Source: Candidatus Benthortus lauensis (lineage in GTDB: Archaea > Thermoproteota > Nitrososphaeria_A > Caldarchaeales > Wolframiiraptoraceae). Taken from it: DNA of 63,947 bases. Position numbers and translations under genes: made by a program. Below, in pieces: positions 9,579 through 19,367 of the stretch (position 1 is the first letter of the stretch; every line of letters begins with the position of its first letter). Under the pieces are notes generated by a model. That model did not search any database. It was not told the DNA's origin and saw only the letters and a list, made by a program, of their open reading frames with translations. The stretch lies in contig JAHSRM010000060.1 of assembly GCA_021650775.1 (NCBI GenBank), forward strand, positions 1-63,947, written 5' to 3'.

Positions 9579-10846
9579 GGCCCCCTCGCCACCTCCAGCA
9601 TGTCGAGTAATAGCCTTAGCTTAGATACTCTGCCCTTGGTTGTCTCCCTGAATGCTTCCAGGAATGTCGGCGAGGTCTCCTCGAACTCGAAGAGCCTGTG
9701 GGCTAATGCGAATGCGAGCTCGGGGTAGGTTGTGAAGAACCTCTCGTTCTCCATAAGCTTGCTGACCCTCACATGCCTCCTAAGCTCACGCATTATGAAG
9801 CTCTCCTCCAGCATGTCCTCGTAGATGGATAGGCTTCTCGCCGAGTAGTCTCCCCCAGCCTTCTCTATGGCCTGGGCTGCGAGGTATCCGCTGTATGCTG
9901 CGAAGTCCACGCCCCTTACCGTGTATCCCAGGTTTAGGAGTAATCCAGCCGCATCACCCACGATTAGGAACCCGTCCCCATATAGTCTCGGGGGCTTAAG
10001 CTTGAGTCCAAGCTCGGGTGTGAGGTGGGCTCCATACTCGACTAGGACGCCGTCCTTGAGTAGGTTGCTGAAGGGTGGGCTGAGCCTCAGCTCCTCCAGG
10101 TATTCGAAGATGTGTTGCTGGGCGTGTTCAACCGCCTTGTGCAGGAAGACTACTATCCCGAGTGCCACCGTGTTCTGGTAAGTGTAGAGGAACGCTCCTC
10201 CAGGTATGTTGCCAGTGGCCGAGCCTATCATGAACCACGCCATACCCTCCTTCTTGCCGAGGCCCAGTCGCTCCTCAATCTTCTCGGAGCCGAGCCTATA
10301 GGTCTCCTTAAGCCCCAGGGCCACCTGGCTCTTCTCCAGCTTGGGAACCCATCCCAGCCTCTCGAGTAGGAGTCTGTTCACGCCCTCGGCGTCTATCACC
10401 ACGCCTGCCCTGACCTCGTCTTGGCCAGCCCTGACACCCGTGATTCTCCCATCCTCCTTGAGGAAGCTATCCACCCTGACGTCGGTCACTATTACTGCTC
10501 CCGCCTCCTCGGCCTGAGAGGCCATCCACTCACTTAGCTTGGATAGGTATGCCGTGAAGCTTGTGCTGGTCTTGGAGCTGTATTCGAGGGTCAGGGAGCC
10601 TCCCTCCGCCATGAAGGTCATGCGCTCCTTCTTCACCCACCTCTCTATGGGAGCCTTCTTCTCAAACTCGGGGTAAATCTCCTTAAGGGGCTTGGCGTAG
10701 ACCCTCCCGCCATAAAGGGTCTTGGAGCCAGGCGACCTACCCCTCTCAACCACGAGGACATCGAACCCCTTCTTGGCGAGCGTGTAGGCGGCCGTGGAGC
10801 CTGCGGGGCCAGCGCCCACGACAATAACATCGAACCTTGATTTCAC
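9575..10846 (-). CDS. fixC: FAD-dependent oxidoreductase FixC (ETF:quinone oxidoreductase-like)
   Basis: N-terminal FDVIVVGAGPAGSTAA dinucleotide-binding motif, about 420 aa, followed by fixX. Confidence 0.8.
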   Translation of the reverse strand: MKSRFDVIVVGAGPAGSTAAYTLAKKGFDVLVVERGRSPGSKTLYGGRVYAKPLKEIYPEFEKKAPIERWVKKERMTFMAEGGSLTLEYSSKTSTSFTAYLSKLSEWMASQAEEAGAVIVTDVRVDSFLKEDGRITGVRAGQDEVRAGVVIDAEGVNRLLLERLGWVPKLEKSQVALGLKETYRLGSEKIEERLGLGKKEGMAWFMIGSATGNIPGGAFLYTYQNTVALGIVVFLHKAVEHAQQHIFEYLEELRLSPPFSNLLKDGVLVEYGAHLTPELGLKLKPPRLYGDGFLIVGDAAGLLLNLGYTVRGVDFAAYSGYLAAQAIEKAGGDYSARSLSIYEDMLEESFIMRELRRHVRVSKLMENERFFTTYPELAFALAHRLFEFEETSPTFLEAFRETTKGRVSKLRLLLDMLEVARGP

Positions 10847-10870
10847 AGCGGGTTAAGCTCGGCCTCCCCT

Positions 10871-12001
10871 CTATTTTAGTTTCTCAAGCTCTCCCACCAT
10901 GGCGCCCAGCATCCTCAAGGCCTTTCCCGTGTCGGGTCCGAGGGGGGCTCCGAAGACTATGTGCCTGTATCCCAGGGACCTTATCTCGGCGACTCTCTCC
11001 GAGACCTGCTTGGGCGTCCCCGTGATGGCTACATACTCGACGTATCTCGGCATGAGGTCCTGGAGCCTCCGCCAATCCCTTCTTAGCACAGCATCCCTGA
11101 TTGCCTGGAGGTCCCCCTCCCTGACCCCATACCGCTCCCTGAAAGACCGGCCTGAACCCAAGAGTATGTATGCTGCGTATGGTAGGGCAGACCTGAGGGC
11201 CCTCGATGGGTCGTCGTCTATGGATATGGTTAGGAAGGCGGCTGCGTCGAAGCCCTCCCAAGGCCTCCCCCTCTTCCCCAGCTCCTCACCCACCACCTGG
11301 AGCGCCCATCTAAGCTCCTCGACACGGGAGTAGTTCACCAGAACACCGTCGCCGAGCCTCGCTCCAAGCCTGAGCATCCCCCTGCCCTGCGCACCAACGT
11401 ATATTGGTGGAGGCTCACCTGGCCTGAAGTCGAGCCTAAGCCCGGCCTTCCCATGTTCATACACGCCTCTCTCCAGAAGCGCCTTGACTGCGGCCAGCAT
11501 CTCCCCAACCCTCTCAAGAGGCCTCTCCCTCACAACACCCATCGACTCCAAGGTAAGCCCATCACCCGCACCAACCAAGACCCTGACCCTCCCTGGAGCA
11601 ACCTCGCTTAGGGTGGCGGCTACCTGGGCGACCAGGGGCGGCTTGTGGAGATAGGGGTTGAAGAGCCCCGCTCCCACCCATATCCTTCTCAGGGACTCCA
11701 GGAGATGCGAGGCGGCAACGATGCTGCTCCTGTTATGCGGGTGCTCGCTCAGCCAGACCCCGTGGAAGCCGAGCTCCTCGACCATCTCTGCCAGCCCACG
11801 GAGCCTCTGGACAGGAAGCCTAGGAACAAGCTCGACCGAGTATATCCCCAGCCTCCTATCACCCCCAGGGCCTCCATACCACCCTGGCTCTACCTTAAAT
11901 AACTCACACGCCACCTGCGGGTGGAGGAGGCCTTGCCGGAGTATTGGTTCAGGTATGGTGTTACCGAGGTCTCGGTCGAGTTGTCCGAGGAGGTTAGGCA
12001 T
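10871..12001 (-). CDS. luciferase-like (LLM) flavin/F420-dependent oxidoreductase
   Basis: LGIYSVE...ELGFHGVWLSEHP N-terminal pattern and TIM-barrel-sized length. The true start is uncertain because the ORF top overlaps the divergent gene. Confidence 0.6.
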   Translation of the reverse strand: MPNLLGQLDRDLGNTIPEPILRQGLLHPQVACELFKVEPGWYGGPGGDRRLGIYSVELVPRLPVQRLRGLAEMVEELGFHGVWLSEHPHNRSSIVAASHLLESLRRIWVGAGLFNPYLHKPPLVAQVAATLSEVAPGRVRVLVGAGDGLTLESMGVVRERPLERVGEMLAAVKALLERGVYEHGKAGLRLDFRPGEPPPIYVGAQGRGMLRLGARLGDGVLVNYSRVEELRWALQVVGEELGKRGRPWEGFDAAAFLTISIDDDPSRALRSALPYAAYILLGSGRSFRERYGVREGDLQAIRDAVLRRDWRRLQDLMPRYVEYVAITGTPKQVSERVAEIRSLGYRHIVFGAPLGPDTGKALRMLGAMVGELEKLK

Positions 12002-12955
12002 TGGAGGGTTGGGGCTGGGCTGGGTGAGCCTGGGGGGCTTGAGGCCCTGAAGGATTTCGTGGAGGGTCTGGGCGGCGAGGTGACGGTTCTATACGACCAT
12101 TCTGGGGGGAGGGGTCTAAGGGTTCTCAGGACGCTTATAGCGGAGCTGGAGGCTGCGGGCAGGAGGTATGAGCTTGTAGCCTCTGCTTGGAGGCTGGATA
12201 GGAGGGCGGCCGAGGAGGAGCTGCCCAGGTCCCTTAGGGGCTTGGGCGGGTTCAAGGCGGCTTGGAGGCTTGGTGGTGAGGTGGAGAGGCTCTCCTCAAG
12301 GGAGCTTGTGGTGGTCTCGGAGGCCGAGCCTCATGGGGTCCTGGGCAGAGTGGCGGTTAGGGAAGTCTTCACGGAGTCTGGGCTGGGTCATCTATGGGAG
12401 AGGCTGGCAGGCTCAGGGTCGGTCAAGGCGGTCTGCCTAGTGGGACGGAGGCTCATGGTAGGCGAGGCCGTGAGGGTGGATGAGGAGGCTAAGCAGCTCG
12501 TGGAGAAAGAGTATGAGACACAGTTCAACGAGCAGGCCACGATAGTCATCGCAAGCGGAGGCGGGTGGCCGAGAGACGCAACACTAGAGTCCTGCATCCA
12601 CATCCTTCGTCTCCTGAGACCCTTGGTGGAGGACTCGGGCATGATCGGCCTGGTCGCCGAGTGTAGGCTGGGCCTCGGCTCCCCCAAGCTAATCGAGGCA
12701 CTGCTGGGCGAGTCCCGTGATGAGCGGTATTCTAGGCTGGGTGGAGTGGTTAGGGAGCTTAGGGAGGAGGGCGTGAGGCTTGCCCTGACCTCGACCCTCC
12801 CCAAGTCCCTGGCCGCCAAGCTCCTCTCCTCAAGAAGCTTCGACACGGTCCAGGAACTCCTATCTTACGGCCTCAGACTATACTCGAGGGAGGCGAGGGT
12901 GGCGTTGGTTGAGGAGCCTCTGAGGCTCTTCAAATCCAGAGGGGGACGAAGCTGA
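11921..12955 (+). CDS. hypothetical protein, weak LarA-N (DUF2088)-like resemblance
   Basis: Long ORF with coding-like composition. The N-terminus YGVTEVSVELSEEV resembles lactate-racemase-family N-termini only loosely. Confidence 0.3.
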   Translation: MEEALPEYWFRYGVTEVSVELSEEVRHWRVGAGLGEPGGLEALKDFVEGLGGEVTVLYDHSGGRGLRVLRTLIAELEAAGRRYELVASAWRLDRRAAEEELPRSLRGLGGFKAAWRLGGEVERLSSRELVVVSEAEPHGVLGRVAVREVFTESGLGHLWERLAGSGSVKAVCLVGRRLMVGEAVRVDEEAKQLVEKEYETQFNEQATIVIASGGGWPRDATLESCIHILRLLRPLVEDSGMIGLVAECRLGLGSPKLIEALLGESRDERYSRLGGVVRELREEGVRLALTSTLPKSLAAKLLSSRSFDTVQELLSYGLRLYSREARVALVEEPLRLFKSRGGRS

Positions 12956-14027
12956 CGACCATCATGAGGAAGACTGCTATGAATGTTAGCTTCCTTCCAC
13001 GTGAGAGGGGGGAGACCTGGTCGAGGGGGGCTATGTCAGGGGTCCTAGGCATCAGGATTAGGAGGAGGAGGGCGAAGAAGAAGTAGCCCGTGATTGCTAG
13101 GACCGCTATCGAGACGTAGCTAGCTATCCTGTGCTGTCTTGCGTTTAGTATGCTCCTGAAGATTCTCCCACCGTCCAGCTGCCAGACGGGGAAGAGGTTG
13201 AGGGCGGTTATCAGCATCCCCAGCCACGCGGCAAACCCGAGGGTCGTGAACATCGGTATCATCCCAGGATTCCCGAACAGTGGGCGGAGGATGACGAATA
13301 TGAGGGGTGAGGGAAGTGCCACGCCGCCCGCCCTCTCAATCTCCGAGACAACCGACATAAACTCCTCGGGGGTAAACCAGATGGCCCTCATATACGCTGC
13401 AACCGCAACCCCGAGGGCGACTATGAACCCTGTTATCGGCCCGCTGAACCCTGCGTCGAACATGTCGTCCCTGTTTATTATCGGCTCCTTCTGGAATATC
13501 ACGGCCCCGAAGGTTGGGAGGACTGTAGGTATCCCCGGTATGAAGTAGGGTGGGCTTGAATCAACCCCGTCAATCTTGGCCGATATCTTGTGCCCCAGCT
13601 CATGTATCCCTATTATCGCCATGAGGGCTGCCGTGAATAGCAGTCCCTCGATTATCGTGTCCCAGATTGTTACCCTCCCCATTATCAGCCTGTAGATTGG
13701 TGATGAGGCTCTCAGGAACCCGTCTACCCCTACTGTTCCGAGGGTTGCGGCGAAGAGTATTAGGGGGAGGGACTTAATCCTCGGCTCGAAGCTCCTCGCA
13801 CCCGTGTATGGATACACCTTTATCGTTATCCTGCCCTCATGGTCTCTCCCAGCCGTTGGGATGAGCTTTAGGGGCTTCAGCTCCCTGTAGAGCCTCTTGA
13901 ACCCATCCTTGATATCCTGCTCCTCCAGAACGAAGGTTAGGACCCCCGCGTCGAAGAACACATCCTCTACCCTGAAGTATCCCTCAACCCTCTCCCTCAC
14001 TTCATCCACGTTGGCGTAAAACTCCAA
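12930..14027 (-). CDS. site-2 protease family (M50) membrane metalloprotease
   Basis: HELGH zinc motif inside a TM helix (GIHELGHKISA), plus NLFPVWQLDGG. Confidence 0.8.
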   Translation of the reverse strand: MEFYANVDEVRERVEGYFRVEDVFFDAGVLTFVLEEQDIKDGFKRLYRELKPLKLIPTAGRDHEGRITIKVYPYTGARSFEPRIKSLPLILFAATLGTVGVDGFLRASSPIYRLIMGRVTIWDTIIEGLLFTAALMAIIGIHELGHKISAKIDGVDSSPPYFIPGIPTVLPTFGAVIFQKEPIINRDDMFDAGFSGPITGFIVALGVAVAAYMRAIWFTPEEFMSVVSEIERAGGVALPSPLIFVILRPLFGNPGMIPMFTTLGFAAWLGMLITALNLFPVWQLDGGRIFRSILNARQHRIASYVSIAVLAITGYFFFALLLLILMPRTPDIAPLDQVSPLSRGRKLTFIAVFLMMVVSFVPLWI

Positions 14028-14131
14028 GCCTCTCTAAGCCCACCTTCACCCGAGGAATACTTTAAGGTTTCCCAACAAACGTGGAGTTGATTAAGCTTTA
14101 TAGCCTCGGCAGGGAAGGCCCCTAATAAGGG

Positions 14132-14629
14132 ATGGAGACCGCCGAGGAGGTTAAAAGCGGGTTCACGGTCAGGGAGGCCACGGCGGAGGACGTCCTCCCC
14201 GTCATGAACATCAACCGCATCTGCCTTCCAGAAAACTATAGCTATGGGTTCTTTGAGAGTATTCTCCGCTCGTATCCGAGGTCTTTCCTCATAGCGGAGG
14301 TAGATGGCAGGATAGCTGGATATATTATGTGCCGTGTCGAGAGGGTCTTCTCGAGGTTCGAGAGGTTTAGGATAAGGAGGGCTGGGCACATAATCTCGAT
14401 TGCCGTCCTCCCTGAGTATAGGAGGAGGGGGATAGGTAGAACGCTCCTCCTCAAGGCCCTGGAGAATCTGAGAGAACACTACGAGTGCAGTGAGGCGTTC
14501 CTAGAGGTCAGGGTCTCGAACCATGAGGCAATAAAGCTATACGAGTCGATAGGCTTCACCAAGATAGAGGTATTGAAGAGATACTATATGGATGGGGAGG
14601 ACGCATACCTCATGGCCAAGAAACTCTAG
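14132..14629 (+). CDS. rimI: GNAT N-acetyltransferase (RimI / archaeal Ard1-like)
   Basis: HIISIAVLPEYRRRGIGRTLL acetyl-CoA binding motif. 165 aa. Confidence 0.8.
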   Translation: METAEEVKSGFTVREATAEDVLPVMNINRICLPENYSYGFFESILRSYPRSFLIAEVDGRIAGYIMCRVERVFSRFERFRIRRAGHIISIAVLPEYRRRGIGRTLLLKALENLREHYECSEAFLEVRVSNHEAIKLYESIGFTKIEVLKRYYMDGEDAYLMAKKL

Positions 14630-14943
14630 ATTAGGCCCTCAGACTTAACCTTAATCAAGGGTATGCTGACCTCGTTCGGCTCGGCTGAAATCTGGTCCCC
14701 GAACCTCAGCCTAGACGAAACCTTATCCAGGTGGACGTATCTCTCCTTCGGGACCTCCTCGAGCTTACAGTAGTATAGTATTGGCCTGAGGGTTGCTATC
14801 GGGGCGTAGAATAGGAATGCGATTTTTCTCCTGGGGTCTATGTTGATTATGGAGAGGTGGAGGGACGAGGAGAGGAGGACGAGTTGCTCAAAGTCTTCCA
14901 CCTCGATTCTCAGAGGCTCCCACGCCTCGTTCATGGGACGCAT
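14626..14943 (-). CDS. hypothetical protein
   Basis: 105-aa ORF filling the gap between neighbours. No motif recognised. Confidence 0.35.
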   Translation of the reverse strand: MRPMNEAWEPLRIEVEDFEQLVLLSSSLHLSIINIDPRRKIAFLFYAPIATLRPILYYCKLEEVPKERYVHLDKVSSRLRFGDQISAEPNEVSIPLIKVKSEGLI

Positions 14944-14967
14944 AAATTGGAGCCATAATAAAAGGCT

Positions 14968-15672
14968 TCATTCAGAGAAGATTCCGAGGCTTGGAACCCT
15001 CTTCCCAGCCTCCTCCAAGTCCTTGTGAGAGTCTATGCTCATCCAGAAGCTCTCCTCGAACAGTGTTGCGGATAACCTGCCCTCCTCAGCCAGGCGTGGA
15101 AGAGCAGTCCTCTCTATGTCACCCTTATCGGGGAGATACCCGAATATATCCCTCCTAAAGGCATAGACCCCTGCGTTTATCCAATACTCCTTTATCCTCG
15201 GTTTCTCGACGAATGATAGTATCTTGAGTGTCTGGGGGTCGAATCTTATCACGCCGTAAGGGGATGGAAGGGGAGTTAGGGCAATCGCCCCCACATCCTT
15301 CTCGCTGAGAGTCTCGAGTAACGTGTTGGGGTCCAGGTCGGTCAGTATGTCTCCATTAACCACTATGAACTCTTCATCGCCTTCAAGTATGTGGCCTGCA
15401 TTCTTCACCGCTCCACCCGTCCCCAGAGGCTCGTCCTCTATCACATAACCTATTCTCACACCATACTTCCTACCGCTCCCTACCTCCTCGATAATCTTCT
15501 CCTTCAGGTATCCAGCACATATTATTATGTCCCTGAACCCGTAGTGTTTGAGCCATCTTATCTGCCACTCGATTATGGGTTTCCCCGATATGGGGAGTAG
15601 GGGTTTCGGGGTCGTCTCCGTGTAGGGTCTGAGGCGTTTCCCGAATCCTCCAGCAAGTATGACGGCCTTCAT
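14968..15672 (-). CDS. sugar-1-phosphate nucleotidyltransferase
   Basis: MKAVILAGGFGKRLRPYTETTPKPLLPI signature N-terminus. Confidence 0.85.
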   Translation of the reverse strand: MKAVILAGGFGKRLRPYTETTPKPLLPISGKPIIEWQIRWLKHYGFRDIIICAGYLKEKIIEEVGSGRKYGVRIGYVIEDEPLGTGGAVKNAGHILEGDEEFIVVNGDILTDLDPNTLLETLSEKDVGAIALTPLPSPYGVIRFDPQTLKILSFVEKPRIKEYWINAGVYAFRRDIFGYLPDKGDIERTALPRLAEEGRLSATLFEESFWMSIDSHKDLEEAGKRVPSLGIFSE

Positions 15673-15704
15673 CCAAGCAAACAGGAAGGTCGAGGGAGAT
15701 AAAA

Positions 15705-17159
15705 TTATCTGCTATGCCTTCGGAACCTCACCTTAACCCCCGTCCTCGTGTCCTCAACTATTATCCCGATTTCAGCAAGCTTGCTCCTAATCCTATCACT
15801 AATCTCATAGATTCCCCTCCTCCTCAGCTCGCCCCTAACCTCAAGCAGTATGTCGAGAATCCTCCCAGCCTCACCCTCAACCCTATACCTGCCGGGAGCA
15901 TAGTCCTGGAGTAAGCCGAGGGCCCTGGACAGCTCTAAAATGGCGTCGTAATACATTTTGAGTGCGTCCCTGCTGTGCCTCGACCTGCTCGTCATGTAGT
16001 TGTTGGCGGACCTCACGAGGCTGTATATCGCTGAGAGCGCTTCAGGGGTGTTGAAGTCGTTCTCCATCGCCTCAACGAATCTTTTCCTCGCATCCATCAC
16101 CTCCCTCTCAGCCTCCCCGCCTCCCCCATCACCCGACTCCTGGATAAGGCTGTAGAGTTCATCAAGGGCCCCCCTTATCCTCTCGATGTTCTGCGTCGCT
16201 TGGAGTAGGGCCTCGTCGCTGTAGTCTATCGGGCTCCTGTAGTGGGCTGAGAGTATGAAGAGCCTTATTGAGTCTGCGTCATACTTCTTCAGGGCATCCT
16301 TTATCGAGATGAAGTTCCCCAGGCTCTTGCTCATCTTCTCGCCGTTGATGGTCAGGTAGCCTGTGTGGAGCCAGTATCTCACGAAGGGTTTCCTGCCCGT
16401 GTATGCCTCGGATTGAGCTATCTCGTTCTCGTGATGCGGTAGGATGAGTTCCTGGCCTCCTCCATGAATATCGAGCTGCTCCCCAAGATACTTCATCGAC
16501 ATGACGCTGCACTCTATATGCCATCCCGGGAACCCCTCCCCCCACGGGCTCGGCCACTTGAGGAGATAGCCCTTCTCAGCCTTCTTCCAGAGTGCGAAGT
16601 CGGCAGGGTTCCTCTTCCTGGGGTCCGGCTCAATCCTATGCTTCTCAAGCTCCTCGGGCTTGATTCCCGAAAGCTTACCATAGTCGGGGAAGGTTGAGAC
16701 ATCGAAGTAGACCGTTCCATCCACCACGTATGCATGCCCCTTCTCCAGCAAGACCTTAATCATCTCTATCATGTCGAGGATGTGCATGGAGGCCCGGGGC
16801 TGGATGTTCGGCCTCCTGACCCCCAGGGCATCCATGTCCTGGAAGAATGAGAACATGTATTTGTCCACGAGCTCCATGGGTTGGACGCCCTCCCTCCTCG
16901 CTCCCTCCACTATCCTGTCCTCCAGCGTGTCCTCACGTATATGCCCCACATCGGTTATGTTCCTGACATAGTAGACCTTGTAGCCATAGTATTCGAGGAA
17001 CCTTATGATGGCGTCGAATGCCACGTAGGTCCTCGCATGGCCAAGGTGGGCGACATCCTGGACCGTCGGGCCGCACACATACATCTTAACGAGGCCTGGC
17101 TCAAGGGTCCTAAACTCCTCCAGCCTCCTCCCCAAGGTATTGAAGACCCTAATCGCCAT
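15705..17159 (-). CDS. cysS: cysteine--tRNA ligase
   Basis: HLGHARTY (HIGH) and KMSKS motifs. Start placed at the ATG giving MAIRVFNTLGRR; the track ORF opens at a TTG at 17180. Confidence 0.95.
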   Translation of the reverse strand: MAIRVFNTLGRRLEEFRTLEPGLVKMYVCGPTVQDVAHLGHARTYVAFDAIIRFLEYYGYKVYYVRNITDVGHIREDTLEDRIVEGARREGVQPMELVDKYMFSFFQDMDALGVRRPNIQPRASMHILDMIEMIKVLLEKGHAYVVDGTVYFDVSTFPDYGKLSGIKPEELEKHRIEPDPRKRNPADFALWKKAEKGYLLKWPSPWGEGFPGWHIECSVMSMKYLGEQLDIHGGGQELILPHHENEIAQSEAYTGRKPFVRYWLHTGYLTINGEKMSKSLGNFISIKDALKKYDADSIRLFILSAHYRSPIDYSDEALLQATQNIERIRGALDELYSLIQESGDGGGGEAEREVMDARKRFVEAMENDFNTPEALSAIYSLVRSANNYMTSRSRHSRDALKMYYDAILELSRALGLLQDYAPGRYRVEGEAGRILDILLEVRGELRRRGIYEISDRIRSKLAEIGIIVEDTRTGVKVRFRRHSR

Positions 17160-17183
17160 GCCCACATGAAGCCTCCCCAAGCA

Positions 17184-17193
17184 GATATAAATA
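17184..17193 (-). promoter_or_regulatory. candidate TATA box for cysS
   Basis: The minus strand reads CTATTTATATCT about 30 nt upstream of the 17159 ATG, consistent with a leaderless archaeal transcript. Confidence 0.3.
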
Positions 17194-17277
17194 GGGCTCG
17201 CAGCCCCCGGGCGGCCGGTTTCTTTGGCTGGGTTTGGGAAATCTTTATATATCGCCTCTGCTTGCTGTAGAACGGAG

Positions 17278-17289
17278 GTATAAAAAATT
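17278..17289 (+). promoter_or_regulatory. candidate TATA box for tfb
   Basis: GTATAAAAAATT lies about 45-60 nt upstream of the candidate tfb ATGs. Confidence 0.35.
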
Positions 17290-17334
17290 TGCGATTAGGG
17301 GGTGTAAGATACGTCTAAGCCCGTGGGTCCGAGG

Positions 17335-18249
17335 ATGTGGAGGGAGGGGATGATATGCCCCGAGTGTGGGAACGATGTCTTGGTCCATGACCCCAGGACT
17401 GGTGAGGTTAGTTGCCCGAGCTGTGGTTATGTTGTTCAGGAGAGGGATGTGGATAGGGGGCCTGAGTGGAGGAGCCTGGACGATGAGGAGGAGAGTAGGA
17501 GTAGGGTTGGAGCCCCCCTCTCCATAATGTATAGGGACCACGGCCTCTCAACGGTCATAGACAGGATTGACGAGGACGCTTCTGGAAGGAGGCTCTCCAA
17601 GGAGGCACGTGAGAAGCTCCTCAGGCTCAAGAAGCTCGACGCAACCTCTCAGGTAAACGCCTCGGAGGCCAGGAACCTCCAGCAAGCCGTAAACATCCTC
17701 CAAATCTACGTGGACAAGCTCCACCTAAGCCAGGCAATAGCAGAGAAGGCCATGCTAATCTACCGTAAGGCCTTGAGGGCAGGGCTCGTGAGGGGTAGAA
17801 GCATCAGGAGTATAATGGCTGCTGCCGTCTATGCTGCCTGTAGGGCCATGAATGCTCCGAGGGACCTACGTGAGCTGGAGAAGGCTTACCCTGTCGTTAA
17901 GAGGAAGACCATAGCCCAGGGATACAGGCTCCTGCTCAAGCACCTTGACCTGAAGGTCCCCGTGGCAGACCCCTCAATCTACCTCAAGAAGATAGCATCC
18001 AAGGTGAACCTCGACCAGAAGACGATACAGGAGGCGCACAGGATACTCGAGGAGGCGGCGAAGAAGGGTGCGACCGTGGGTAAGGACCCGGTTGGAATAG
18101 CCGCCGCAGCGCTCTACATGGCCTGCCAGGAGACCACCCAGAACATCACCCAGAAGGACATAGCTAGGGCTGCGGGAGTAACCGAGGTTACTGTCCGGAA
18201 TAGGTTTAAGGGCTTGAAGGAGGCCCTCGAGGGTAAGGCGGCTGCCTAG
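17335..18249 (+). CDS. tfb: transcription initiation factor IIB (TFB)
   Basis: N-terminal Zn ribbon CPECG...CPSCG followed by two cyclin-like repeats. Start at ATG 17335 or 17350. Confidence 0.9.
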   Translation: MWREGMICPECGNDVLVHDPRTGEVSCPSCGYVVQERDVDRGPEWRSLDDEEESRSRVGAPLSIMYRDHGLSTVIDRIDEDASGRRLSKEAREKLLRLKKLDATSQVNASEARNLQQAVNILQIYVDKLHLSQAIAEKAMLIYRKALRAGLVRGRSIRSIMAAAVYAACRAMNAPRDLRELEKAYPVVKRKTIAQGYRLLLKHLDLKVPVADPSIYLKKIASKVNLDQKTIQEAHRILEEAAKKGATVGKDPVGIAAAALYMACQETTQNITQKDIARAAGVTEVTVRNRFKGLKEALEGKAAA

Positions 18250-18554
18250 ATTATCTCAATGTTCTCCTCGCTGTGGCCCATCGAGACGAGTATCTCCTTA
18301 ACCTTCAGCCTGTGGTCTCCCTGAAGGATTATCGTGTTGTTCTTCACGGTTCCGCCTGAGGCGCACGCCGACTTCAGCTTCTTAGCGAGTTCGTGGAGGT
18401 CCTCCCTCTCGCCGTTCAGCCCCTCGATTATAGTCACGGGTCTACCCCACTTCCTCGTCTCCAGCTTTATCTTGATTCTCTCCTGTTCCCTCTCAATCGT
18501 CTGGCAGACACATATCGGCTTCGGAAGCCCGCAAACGGAGCAGATCTCCGCCAT
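18246..18554 (-). CDS. translation initiation factor aSUI1 (eIF1 homologue)
   Basis: MAEICSVCGLPKPICVCQ...RKWGRPVTIIEGL...GGTVKNNTIILQGDHR, characteristic of the SUI1 family. Confidence 0.9.
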   Translation of the reverse strand: MAEICSVCGLPKPICVCQTIEREQERIKIKLETRKWGRPVTIIEGLNGEREDLHELAKKLKSACASGGTVKNNTIILQGDHRLKVKEILVSMGHSEENIEII

Positions 18555-18603
18555 TACCTACCTCCTTTCGCTGGATAATTTTGGTGTGGGGGTTATATAA
18601 GGC

Positions 18604-19308
18604 TTAACCGGGTTTGAGGCTGCTAGACTTATACTTCTCCTGTTTCTCGTCGTATTCTCTCCGGGTCATGTAGGGTTTTGCGGGAGCTCCCTTGACGACC
18701 TTGCCCTCGGGGACGTCCTCGGCTACTATCGAGCCTGCTGCGACCACCGAGCCTTCTCCTATGGTTACTCCAGGCAGGATTACCGCCCCTGCACCTATTA
18801 TGGCGTTTCTCTCTACCGTTGCTCCGAGGAGTTTTCCGCTTGGAGGGTAGGTGTCGTTGGTGAAGACCGTGTTAGGGCCTATGAATACCTCGTCCCCTAT
18901 CCTTGTCAGGCTTGGGAGATAGACCATGGACTGGATGCTCACGTTTCTCCCGACCTCGACCTCCCCATCCAATTGGGTGTAGCTCCCTATCCTTGAGCCA
19001 GCCCCTATTCTCGACCCGCTCCTTACCAGGACGCCGTGCCCCATCTCCACGTTATCCCCGACCTCCACGTCATCGTAGATTACTGTGAAGCATCTTATCA
19101 CGCATCCTGAGCCTATCCTTGAGCCGAGGCTCACCTTATCCATGTCCTCAAGGGTCTCTGCGCCCTTAAGCCTCTCCCTGGAAGGATAGCCCACGGCCAC
19201 CCACCTGTCAATCAGGGTTCCCTCACCTATGATGCTCGGCCCCAGCACAGCCGAGTCTCCCAGCACAACCCCCATAACCTTAGACCTGGCCGAGATGTAT
19301 CCACCCAT
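18604..19308 (-). CDS. left-handed beta-helix (hexapeptide repeat) acyltransferase
   Basis: Repeated [LIV]G-x4 hexapeptides throughout (IGAGSRIGSYT, IGAGAVILPGVTIGEGSVV). Confidence 0.75.
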   Translation of the reverse strand: MGGYISARSKVMGVVLGDSAVLGPSIIGEGTLIDRWVAVGYPSRERLKGAETLEDMDKVSLGSRIGSGCVIRCFTVIYDDVEVGDNVEMGHGVLVRSGSRIGAGSRIGSYTQLDGEVEVGRNVSIQSMVYLPSLTRIGDEVFIGPNTVFTNDTYPPSGKLLGATVERNAIIGAGAVILPGVTIGEGSVVAAGSIVAEDVPEGKVVKGAPAKPYMTRREYDEKQEKYKSSSLKPG

Positions 19309-19367
19309 CCCTCCGGGATAGTCTCAGGGGAGATATTTAACATGGTTTCAAGAGACTTTCTCTAGGT

